From Kiritimatiellia bacterium (GTDB lineage Bacteria > Verrucomicrobiota > Kiritimatiellia > RFP12 > UBA1067): a stretch of 64,000 nt of DNA. Numbering within the stretch: the stretch's first letter is position 1; each line of letters opens with the position of its first letter. Positions 36,801 to 45,200 of this stretch are shown one piece after another. Position numbers and translations under genes: made by a program. The stretch spans positions 20,401-84,400 of the forward strand of contig JAFRDO010000010.1 of assembly GCA_017403825.1 (NCBI GenBank). Direction: 5' to 3'. The notes under the pieces are model-generated. The model worked only from the letters and a program-made list of their open reading frames with translations. It had not been told where the DNA came from and searched no databases.

Positions 36801-37187
36801 GACGGCGGACGGACTTGGGGCGTGGCGGGATGTCCGAGCGGAACGAAACACACCTCTTCGCGGTTCGTCATCAAGCGGCTCTCGAGCGGCAATCTTCTCT
36901 TGATCAAGCATGGGAAAATGGACGAAGACATCGGCCGCGCCATGCTGACGGCCTACGTCTCGCTAGATGACGGCAAGACATGGAAAGGAGGGCTGCTGCT
37001 CGATGCGCGGAAAAGAACATCGTATCCAGATGCCGTCCAGACGCCTGATGGCGTCATACATGCCGTTCATGACTTCGACCGCATGGGCAAGCGCCACATT
37101 CTCTATTCCACTTTCACTGAGGCGGACATTCTCGCCGGACATGACGTTTCCGGCAAGTGCAGGCTTTCCAGGCCTGCCAACGAATAG
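33870..37187 (+). CDS. GH89 alpha-N-acetylglucosaminidase (NAGLU family) fused to a C-terminal BNR-repeat sialidase-like beta-propeller
   Basis: The block 'EHWGFEDWKKEIDWMLKRRLNVFMLRIGQDDLFQRTF' parallels the NAGLU '[35 protein letters not shown]' core, and the TIM barrel and C-terminal helical domain are collinear. Three BNR motifs (SADGGDTW, STDGGRTW, SLDDGKTW) lie in the last ~330 aa. The start is the ATG at 33870, which has an AAAGGA RBS. Confidence 0.75.
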   Translation: MTKLKISIICLLFAIWGQSPQVWGQSPAETTAAVWGQSPTAVAQAEFEKYYLAVTGKAAPQDAVTFAIDPAMSKTGKDAYSIVSCGKGVKITGSNVRSVLYGVYDLLEKRAGCHWFWDGDIVPKRETINLSGLDIHEEAHFEYRGLRYFAHRGLTRFQAEHWGFEDWKKEIDWMLKRRLNVFMLRIGQDDLFQRTFPDICGYPDPSKDLPGAGEGYDNRTLFWSLQYRGELRRRIQAYAFERGLMAPEDFGTMTHWYSRTPEDFLETMNPPFLPQSTSGYAERNGLVWDVREDKWADEYWKLTKTAVDAYGKGAPQRLLHTIGLGERRCYTNRQDNFNLKVEVLDKFLARAHRDYPDAKVLLAGWDFYFTWFPEEVRALVGRLDPKRDIIWDYEGDATRDWRKEMQGLNNNFTKWGVVGKFPYTYSIFLAYESALDTRANYPLIEERQKIVQNDPACVGYVFWPEASHTDTLCLRYFTANAWANEAVPHGKVLDEFCASRYGALAGQMKAIWEKALPASMLRDWDANYGRLITGSGESLPPCDEKTLAAWKQPVEVARTVFGELADIPWADDFLRRDTIDIARMVLDRVITLRTFELSRDVAAWRDGMDAQANSLPERAKSLAALCDKMADLLELHTDYSLWESYLRLDAVEKVRNPDFPKTLLDNASCSYCRSHQYELARHWYAPRMEKMALRLADAIASGDRNVKLFDDRNAERRALLARPLESLKPVQPRTWDRYRETLRTIGTQVSAPDALHARTTRLHEGIPSVEVSPKNGRIWVTWYGSPTGGEDSNNYAVLATSADGGDTWKEVAVADPDGDGPVRAFDPEIWISPDGKLRWFWTERVAPLAAEAKNRNAGCLASPTNDVLMMAVFNNAEDEPDPKHLPVSRKIARGIMMTKPIVSPDGDWLFPIANWFEAPSGNVWASSDRGGTLRLVGGVTLPKNERLFDEHNIYFTKSGKLACWSRTRTGWMHAFSTDGGRTWGVAGCPSGTKHTSSRFVIKRLSSGNLLLIKHGKMDEDIGRAMLTAYVSLDDGKTWKGGLLLDARKRTSYPDAVQTPDGVIHAVHDFDRMGKRHILYSTFTEADILAGHDVSGKCRLSRPANE
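33913..33997 (+). repeat. Three copies of the perfect 13-bp palindrome GGGGACAGTCCCC (flanked by TTT / TTTG) within the first 45 codons of the GH89 gene, encoding WGQSP x3
   Basis: This is directly visible at 33915-33927, 33936-33948 and 33983-33995. Each copy is self-complementary around a central A. Confidence 0.7.
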
Positions 37188-37301
37188 CGCTTAGGCGGAT
37201 GTTGGCGGAAAGATAACATTTATTTGGCTGTTTGGGTATTCCATTTCATGCCGCAATATTCTATAATTCCCCTGTCTGTTCAAATGGAGGACTGAGGATA
37301 C

Positions 37302-38054
37302 ATGAACCTGAAGAAAATGAACAAGGGACTCGACTTCCTGCGGGAGAAGTACGGAGCTAAAAAAGGAGAGATCGCGATCAGGGGCGGGCACTGCTTCGTC
37401 GGAACGACTCCCCTTCTGCCCGGGCGCATGGAGAGGAAGATCGTGGAACTGAAGAAGATGACGGAGAACGGGACGCTCGAGGGCGTCTCCACTCTACGCT
37501 TCGCGAGCTTCGCGTCAAGAGGATCGGACGTCGAGGCGATGCTCGCCAAGGAGCTTGACCTTGCGGCGTATCTCGGCGCGTCGGACATCGTGCGCGTGAT
37601 GGCCGTTGCCAGCGGAAGCGCAATCAACGTGCTCGCAAAGCTCGCGAACGACGTGAACGTCTCGGTGGAGATCGGCGCCGGACTGCCGAAGGGAGAAATC
37701 GGTTACGACCGCCATGAGATCATCGCGAAGCGCGGCGTCGCCTGCGACCAGACTGTCGATACACACACGAAACACGAGTCCATCCGCTGCTGGGGCGCAA
37801 AAGGCATGGCGGAATACACAGATGTCGATACCGAGCTCTTCGGGCTGACATACGAGGAAACGTGGAACGTCCGCGCCGCGTTCGCGCTGCTGCAGGGGCG
37901 GGCGGACGCCAAGGTCTGGAAGGCGGCGTGGGCGAAGGCGACGAAGGCCGCCGCGCTCGCGTTCGCGGCGGACAGGGCGAAGGCCGCGAAGGCCATCGCC
38001 GACAAGAAGGGAATCGACACGAACCAGTCAATCAAAGTCGCTGAGGTGAGATAA
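37302..38054 (+). CDS. Hypothetical protein with a possible degenerate Rossmann-like N-terminus, cotranscribed with the oxidoreductase
   Basis: TATAAT lies at 37262-37267 and a GGAGGA RBS precedes the ATG. There is no recognisable family. The Ala/Lys-rich C-terminal tail is low-complexity. Confidence 0.45.
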   Translation: MNLKKMNKGLDFLREKYGAKKGEIAIRGGHCFVGTTPLLPGRMERKIVELKKMTENGTLEGVSTLRFASFASRGSDVEAMLAKELDLAAYLGASDIVRVMAVASGSAINVLAKLANDVNVSVEIGAGLPKGEIGYDRHEIIAKRGVACDQTVDTHTKHESIRCWGAKGMAEYTDVDTELFGLTYEETWNVRAAFALLQGRADAKVWKAAWAKATKAAALAFAADRAKAAKAIADKKGIDTNQSIKVAEVR

Positions 38055-38059
38055 TTGCC

Positions 38060-39139
38060 ATGAAACCAGTGAAGATCGCAATGATGGGCATGACCCACGG
38101 GCATACCCGCAAATACTACCAGACCCTTCTCGACAACCAGAAGCTCGACTGGGTCGCCTCTTGCGCACAAGACGCGGACGCGAAGAAGACCTACGAACTC
38201 TACAAGACCGGCGTTCCCTGCTATCTCGACCCGGAGGAGATGTACAAGAAGCATCCCGACATCGAGGCGGTCGTCATCGCGTCCGCGAACGACCGGCACT
38301 TCGAGCAAATGAAGTGGTGCGCTGAGAAAGGCATCCACATCCTCTCCATGAAGATCCCGACCTTCGACATGAAGGAATACGACGAGATGATCGCCATGTG
38401 CGACAAGGCGGGAATCGTCTGTCAGGTCGAGCTGGAGATGCACTACAACTCCGTCGTGCGGCGGCTGAAGAAGCTGATTGCCGACGGCGCGATCGGCAAG
38501 ATCAAGGCCGTGCAGGCGACGAACATCACGCTCTCGCCAGTGTGGGCGTTTCCGTGGCAGGGCGACCCGAAGGCGAGTTTCGGAAGCGTCGTGCCGCTCA
38601 AGAAGGCCGACCCGCGCTTCCGCGGCGGCGCGCTCTGCGATCACCCGCACATCTTCGACCTGATCCGCCACCTGACCGGCAGCTCCTTCGACTACATCTA
38701 CGCCGAGGTCGCCCCGAACCTGCGCGACGGGCTGAAGGTCGAAGACATGCTCATGGCAGTCGGCAAGATGAAGGACGGCACGGCGTTCCTCTTCGACCCG
38801 TCATGGTCGCGCCTAGAAGAGAAAATCAAGGTGCCTGGCCCCGGCTGGGAGCGGTTCCCGAAACGCATGGAGGTGAACGTAACGATCACCGGCGACAAGG
38901 GAATGATCTCGTGCGACTGCTTCGGGCCGAACGTCTATCACAACGGAGCGCCGAACGACCGCTACACCGTGCAGTACACATACTTCGACGAATGGGTGGG
39001 GCTAATCGACGAGTTCGTCGGCTGTATCCGCAACAAGAAGACGCCGCTCATCAACCTCAAGTGGCACAAGGAGACGATACAGGCGATGCTCGGCTGCTAC
39101 GAATCGATACAGTCCGGCAAGATCGCCAAGGTAGGCTGA
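38060..39139 (+). CDS. Gfo/Idh/MocA-family oxidoreductase-like protein (atypical dinucleotide-binding motif 'IAMMGMTHGH')
   Basis: A GAGGTGA RBS precedes the start. The N-terminal beta-alpha-beta pattern and the C-terminal alpha/beta domain are collinear with Gfo/Idh/MocA proteins. The canonical GxGxxG is replaced. Confidence 0.65.
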   Translation: MKPVKIAMMGMTHGHTRKYYQTLLDNQKLDWVASCAQDADAKKTYELYKTGVPCYLDPEEMYKKHPDIEAVVIASANDRHFEQMKWCAEKGIHILSMKIPTFDMKEYDEMIAMCDKAGIVCQVELEMHYNSVVRRLKKLIADGAIGKIKAVQATNITLSPVWAFPWQGDPKASFGSVVPLKKADPRFRGGALCDHPHIFDLIRHLTGSSFDYIYAEVAPNLRDGLKVEDMLMAVGKMKDGTAFLFDPSWSRLEEKIKVPGPGWERFPKRMEVNVTITGDKGMISCDCFGPNVYHNGAPNDRYTVQYTYFDEWVGLIDEFVGCIRNKKTPLINLKWHKETIQAMLGCYESIQSGKIAKVG

Positions 39140-39190
39140 CCGGGAAAGAGGCTGCATTTGCATGCCGTTCATGAGCCGAAGGAACACGGA

Positions 39191-39892
39191 ATGAGCGAGT
39201 ATCTGGAAAGCATAACTGCCCTGCTGAAGCGGATCGAAAGCGAGGAAGCCACTGCGCTCGACTGCGCGTCCGACGCCGTGGCGGATGTCATCTGCCGAGA
39301 TGCGCTGGTCCACGTCTTTGGCTGCGGGCACTCCCACCTTGCCGCGCTCGATGCGTTCTACCGCGCCGGGGGGCTCGCCTGCGTGTCGCCCGTCCTGGAC
39401 GAGGACCTCATGCTGCACGACGGCGCAGCAAAATCGAGCCGCATGGAGAAGATGCCGGGAATCGCCGCCGAGGTCTTCCGCCGCCACGGAGTGAAGCCTG
39501 GCGATCTCTTCGTAGTCATATCCGCAAGCGGCAAGAACGCTGCGCCCGTCGAGATGCTGCGCACTGCCAAGGCGGCTGGAGTGAAGACGACGGCCATCGC
39601 CTCGTCCGCCTACAGGCCGCATGGCGGCGTACTTCTGGACGAAGCCGACATCGCCATTGACTGCAAGGTGCCGCACGGCGACGCCGTAATCGAGGTAGGC
39701 GAGGCGACGATGGGCGGACTTTCCACATACGCTTCGCTATTCATCCTCAACACGGTGCTCATCGATGGCGCGAAGAAGGCGCTCGCTCGCGGCGTCACAC
39801 CGCCAGTCTACACGAGCGGAAACGTCGAGGGCGGCACGGCACGAAACGTCGCGCTTGAAGAGCGATACTTCGGAAGAATCAAGCACCTGTGA
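39191..39892 (+). CDS. SIS-domain protein (UPF0309-like), paralog of 5588..6340
   Basis: The start was chosen at the ATG at 39191 with an AAGGAA RBS; the ORF extends to 39158. The 'VFGCGHSHLAALD' and 'VVISASGKN' SIS motifs are present. Confidence 0.65.
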   Translation: MSEYLESITALLKRIESEEATALDCASDAVADVICRDALVHVFGCGHSHLAALDAFYRAGGLACVSPVLDEDLMLHDGAAKSSRMEKMPGIAAEVFRRHGVKPGDLFVVISASGKNAAPVEMLRTAKAAGVKTTAIASSAYRPHGGVLLDEADIAIDCKVPHGDAVIEVGEATMGGLSTYASLFILNTVLIDGAKKALARGVTPPVYTSGNVEGGTARNVALEERYFGRIKHL

Positions 39893-40758
39893 CCGGCAGG
39901 AAGGCGAGAATCGCGGTCATCGGCCTTGTGGGCAAGTCGATGTTCTTTGAAGTCCCGCGTTTCCACATGGGCGGCGAGACAGTTCACGCCAACGGATTCC
40001 ACGAGGAGTGGGGCGGCAAGGGCTTCAACCAGGCTGTCGCGGCGTCACGCCAAGGGGCGGAAGTCGCGTTTCTAGGCGCGACGAGCATGTCGGACTCGAA
40101 GCCACTGACGGACTTCTGCAATAAAGAGGGACTGCACGCGACGATTGCGGCAAAACCAGAACCGACCGCATGCGCTGCAATCATGACTGACGGCACTGGC
40201 GAGACGCGCGTCACGGTCTATCCCGGCGCACGGCTCGAAGCGGCTGACGTCAGCGAGTTCGCGGCGGCAATTGCGGCGGCTGACTTTCTGCTTCTCAACA
40301 ACGAAGTTCCTGACGCGGTGAATCTCCGTGCCTCCGAGATAGCCGAAGCACACGGCGTGAAGATAATATTCAATCCCGCGCCTGCGCATCAGATTCCGGC
40401 AGAAGTCAGACGACGAGTCTCGCTTTTCACCCCAAACGAATTCGAAGAAACCGAGATGGGCGAAGCCAGTTGCGACGTCGTGACGACACTGGGCGCCAAA
40501 GGCTGCCGGATCCGCTCGACCGGCGAAGTCGTCCACGCGCCGCCGGCGGACGCCGTGGATTCCACAGGCGCAGGCGATACGTTCACCGGTGTCTTGGCGG
40601 TGCGCCTTGCCGAGGGCGAAAGCTTGCGCGACGCCTGTGCGGCGGCAAACGAAGCGGCGTCGCTGGAAACGACAGTACGCTATGTGCTATCAGCCATACC
40701 GAAAAGAGCGGCCTATTCCCACTCTATCGTCGCAGGCGGCTTGGAGGAGATGTCGTAG
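39889..40758 (+). CDS. PfkB-family carbohydrate kinase (ribokinase-like)
   Basis: The GTG start overlaps the preceding stop (GTGA). 'GGKGFNQAVAASRQGA' is the ribokinase GG motif and 'DSTGAGDTFTG' is the anion-hole/catalytic motif. Confidence 0.8.
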   Translation: MTGRKARIAVIGLVGKSMFFEVPRFHMGGETVHANGFHEEWGGKGFNQAVAASRQGAEVAFLGATSMSDSKPLTDFCNKEGLHATIAAKPEPTACAAIMTDGTGETRVTVYPGARLEAADVSEFAAAIAAADFLLLNNEVPDAVNLRASEIAEAHGVKIIFNPAPAHQIPAEVRRRVSLFTPNEFEETEMGEASCDVVTTLGAKGCRIRSTGEVVHAPPADAVDSTGAGDTFTGVLAVRLAEGESLRDACAAANEAASLETTVRYVLSAIPKRAAYSHSIVAGGLEEMS

Positions 40759-42269
40759 ACAACGCGGTTGATGCCGCGAACCTCGTTTATGATCCTGTTC
40801 GATATGGTCGCAAGCGTATCGTACGGCAGCCGCGTCCAGTCCGCCGTCATCGCGTCGATGGAGTTGACGCACCTGATTGCGCAGGTGTATTCGTAAGTGC
40901 GCTGGTCGCCCATCACGCCGACGGAACGGCACGGCAGCAGTACGGCGAACGCCTGCCAGATCTTTCCGTAGTCGGGCAGCTTGCGCACTTCCTGCTGAAC
41001 CCGCAAGTCGGCTTCCTGCAGAAGACGCACCTTTTCCGCGTTGACCTCGCCCAGCACTCTCACTCCAAGCCCAGGCCCGGGGAACGGCTGCCGGCTGAGA
41101 AGCGACTCGTCCATTCCCAGAATGCGGCCGACAGCGCGCACCTCGTCCTTGAAGAGGTCGCGCAGCGGCTCGACGAGCGAGAACTTGAGGTCCGGCGGAA
41201 GGCCGCCGACGTTGTGATGGCTCTTTATCGTCTGCGAAGGCCCGTTTACGGAGCTTGAGCTCTCTATGACGTCGGGGTATATCGTGCCCTGCGCAAGGAA
41301 CCGGCAGTTCTGGAACTTGCGTGCCTCTTCGGCAAACACCGTGACGAATTCGCGGCCGATTATCTTGCGCTTCGTCTCAGGATCTTCCGCGCCGCAAAGC
41401 GCCTTGTAGAACCGTTGCGCCGCATGCGCCACATGCAGGTCAAGCCCGAGTTTCCCAGCGAACATGGCCTCCACCTCAGCAGCCTCGCCGTGGCGAAGAA
41501 GCCCGTTGTCCACGAAGATGCAGTGAAGCCGCTTCCCGATGGCCTTGTTGAGCAGCACGGCTACAACTGACGAATCCACTCCGCCGGAAAGCCCGAGAAT
41601 GACATGCTCGTCGCCGATCTCAGCCCGAAGCTTCGCGACCGAATCCTCTATCCACGTTCCCATATCCCAATCCGCCCGACACCCGCAGATGGCGAAAACG
41701 AAGTTGGAGATGATTTTCTCTCCGAACTGGGTGTGGGCGACTTCGGGGTGGAACTGAAGCGCGTAGAATCGGCGGGACTCGTCGCACGCCGCAGCATACG
41801 GACAGTTCTCGCTCGAGGCGGCGGGCTTGAACCCGGCAGGCAGTTCCGCCACCCTGTCGCCGTGGCTCATCCACACGACAAACTTCTCCGGCAGGCCGGC
41901 AAACATCCCGCTCGCACAATCGGCCTTTAGCTCGGCCTTGCCGTACTCCCGCACCGTCCCGGCAACGACCTTACCGCCGAGCGTCTGTGCCATGAGCTGC
42001 ATTCCATAGCAAATCCCGAGTACCGGCACTCCGAGCTCGAATATCTCTCGGTCTATGGACGGCGCCCCGTCCGCAAAGACGCTGTTGGGGCCGCCGGAAA
42101 GGATTATGCCCTTGGGCATGTCGGCGCGAAGGCTTTCCGCCGTCGTGCCGAACGGCAGTATTTCCGAATAGACGTGATGCTCCCTGATGCGGCGGGCGAT
42201 GAGGTGCGTATACTGCGAGCCGTAGTCGAGTATGACTATGCGCTGACGGGCCGATTCTGTGTTCTTCAT
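40713..42269 (-). CDS. guaA: GMP synthase (glutamine-hydrolysing)
   Basis: It has a class I GATase domain ('ILDYGSQYTHLIARRIRE', catalytic 'GICYGMQLM'), an ATP-PPase 'SGGVDSSV' P-loop and the canonical C-terminus '...PPATIEWE'. Confidence 0.95.
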   Translation of the reverse strand: MKNTESARQRIVILDYGSQYTHLIARRIREHHVYSEILPFGTTAESLRADMPKGIILSGGPNSVFADGAPSIDREIFELGVPVLGICYGMQLMAQTLGGKVVAGTVREYGKAELKADCASGMFAGLPEKFVVWMSHGDRVAELPAGFKPAASSENCPYAAACDESRRFYALQFHPEVAHTQFGEKIISNFVFAICGCRADWDMGTWIEDSVAKLRAEIGDEHVILGLSGGVDSSVVAVLLNKAIGKRLHCIFVDNGLLRHGEAAEVEAMFAGKLGLDLHVAHAAQRFYKALCGAEDPETKRKIIGREFVTVFAEEARKFQNCRFLAQGTIYPDVIESSSSVNGPSQTIKSHHNVGGLPPDLKFSLVEPLRDLFKDEVRAVGRILGMDESLLSRQPFPGPGLGVRVLGEVNAEKVRLLQEADLRVQQEVRKLPDYGKIWQAFAVLLPCRSVGVMGDQRTYEYTCAIRCVNSIDAMTADWTRLPYDTLATISNRIINEVRGINRVVYDISSKPPATIEWE

Positions 42270-42272
42270 ATC

Positions 42273-45200
42273 TTATCTCCGATTAGAGACCGGCAGTACC
42301 TTTGAGAACCGCGGACGGACATTCGCCCAGTCTGCGACAAGACGCTTCGCCTTCGGCGAGCCGGTGCGTGAAACGTGCTCTTCGAGAAGCGCAAGTATCT
42401 CGCCGTCCGCCCCCGCTTCCACGGGGAAGATGTCGACGGAATCGAGGTTGCAGTTCAGGTCGAGCGTCGCCGTTTCATCGTATACGTAGGCGACGCCGCC
42501 TGTCATGCCGGCTGCGAAGTTCACGCCGACCGGCCCGAGAATGACGGCTACGCCTCCGGTCATGTATTCGCAACCGTGGTCGCCTATGCCCTCGACGACA
42601 AGCGTGGCGCCGGAGTTGCGGATGCCGAAACGCTCGCCTGCGAGTCCGTTGATGAAGATCGCGCCGGATGTCGCGCCGTAGGCTATGACGTTGCCGGCGA
42701 TTGCGTTGTCTTCCGGACGGAAGGCCGAGGCGTCCGAATTGTCAGGCGTTTCCGGCGGACGTATCGTTATCACGCCGCCTGAAAGAGACTTTCCAACGTA
42801 GTCGTTCGCCTCTCCACGCAGGTTGAATGTCACTCCGCTGGCAAGGAACGCGCCGAACGACTGTCCGGCGACGCCAGTGAAGCCTACGGTTATCGGATTG
42901 CCGTACGCAGCATGGTCGACAAGCCTTGCTTTCGCGATATGGCCCGAAAGCGCCGCGCCGACGGAGCGGTCGCAGTTTGATATGCGGCGTTCGAGAACAG
43001 TTTCGCCGTCCGCCTTGAGATGCGGCAGCAACTCGCGCATATCGTAGTTTTGCGAGCTGTTGGACTTCTCAGGAACATCCGGATTCTCAGGAAGGTCCGG
43101 CGCTGCTGTCATCGCCGAGAAGTCGAACCGCGAGCCTTCCTTGGTCTTCAGCAGGTCTGCCCGTCCGCGAGCCTCCGCAAGGGACTTCAGCCCTAGCGAC
43201 GCCAGGATCTCGCGCACCTCTTCGGCAAGGAAGCGGAAGTAACGCTGAAGGTGCTCCGGCTTTCCGGCGAACTTCGCCCGAAGCTCCCCCTTCTGCGTGG
43301 CTATTCCCACGGGACAGCAGTTGAGGTTGCAGTTGCGGCACTGTACGCACCCGAGCGAAACGAGCATGGAAGTTCCGAACGCGAACTCGTCCGCGCCGAG
43401 CATCGCGGCAATGACGATGTCGCGTCCTGTGCGGAGCTGTCCGTCCACCTGAAGCTTCACGCGATGGCGCAGGTTGTTCTTGACGAGCGTCTGGTGCGCC
43501 TCGGCTAGCCCCGGCTCCCACGGAATCCCTGCGTGCTTCATGGAAGAGAGCGGCGCCGCGCCGGTTCCGCCGTCAAAGCCTGAGACTACCACCACGTCGG
43601 CATGCGCCTTTGCGACGCCGGCCGCAATGGTGCCGACGCCGGCTTCCGAAACGAGCTTCACGGAGACGCGCGCCGCGGGGTTGGTGCACTTGAGGTCGTA
43701 AATAAGCTGCGCCAGGTCCTCTATGGAATAGATGTCGTGATGCGGCGGAGGCGAGATGAGCGTCATGCCCGGCTTTGCGTGGCGGAGTCGGGCGACGAAC
43801 TCATCGACCTTGTGCGCCGGAAGCTGTCCGCCCTCGCCCGGCTTGGCGCCCTGCGCAAGCTTGATCTGCAGGTCCTTGGCGGAGCAGACGTACTCGACTG
43901 TCACGCCGAAGCGGCCGGACGCGACCTGCTTGATGGCGCTGTTCTTGTCGGTGCAGAAGCGCTCCGGGTTCTCGCCGCCTTCGCCCGAGTTGGACATCGT
44001 GCCGAGTCCGTTGAGGGCCAGCGCGATCGTCTCGTGCGCCTCTGGCGAAAGCGAGCCGAGCGACATGGCCCCGCCGACGAAGTGCTTCACGATGGAATCG
44101 ACCGGCTCGACTTCGGAGAGACCTGTGGATTCTCCGGACTTGAATTCAAGTTGCGACCTCAGCGTCACTCTGCTTGAGTTGTCGATGTCGTCGGTGTAGC
44201 GCTTGAAGCGGGCGTAGTCGTCATGCCGCACCGCCTCTCGAAAATCCACCACGCGCTGAGGCGTCCAGATATGCTCCTCGCCGCCGATGCGGTAGCGGTA
44301 CTCGCCGCCGACATCAACCTTCGCGCTCCTTGCGGCATTTGCTACCAAGGCATTCTCGATGTCTTCCAGCTCCAGGCCGCCGACAGGCGAGACGACACCG
44401 CCGAAGTAGTCGCGCATGAGCTTCGGACCGAGCCCGACCGCCTCGAAGATTCGTGCGGAGCGGTAGGAACGCAAGGTCGAAATGCCCATCTTGGACATAA
44501 CCCGCATTATGCCCTTGCAAACGGCCGTGACGTAGTTCGCTGCCGCGGTAGTGCTGTCGGCCTTTACAAGGTCCGACACCGTCTCAAGCGCAAGCCAGGG
44601 ATTCACCGCCGTAGCGCCGAAGCCCAGCAGCACCGCAAAATGATGAACTTCGCGTACCTCTCCCGATTCGACTACGATGCCAACCGACGGACGCATGCCC
44701 GCCTCCACAAGCACCCTGTTGACCGCCGCGACGGCGAGCAAGGACGGAATCTCGCACTTCTCACTTGCAATGTCCTTGCAGCGGTCAGAAAGAATGATTA
44801 TCTTCGCTCCCTCCCTGACCGCCTTTAGCGCGTCGGCGGCAAGGGCGTTGAGCGAGGCTTTCAGTCCGCGCCCTGCATCGGGCAGCAGCCCGGAAGCCGG
44901 CTCGAAGAACAGCGGCAGCGTCTTCGCCGGGAACTCCGGAATGTTCCTCATCCGTTTCAGCTCGTCGTCCGTCAGCACCGGACGGGTCATCTTCACGAGC
45001 CGCGCGTGTTCCGGCGTCTCCGCGAGAATGTTCCCCTGGTTGCCGATGTACGTCATGATCGACATCACGAGCTCTTCGCGGATCGGATCTATCGGAGGGT
45101 TCGTCACCTGCGCGAATAGCTGGTGGAAGCAGCCGAAAAGATGGCAGGCGTTATGGAGCCGCGACTTATCCGAACGCGCCGCAAGGCACGCAAGCGCCGC

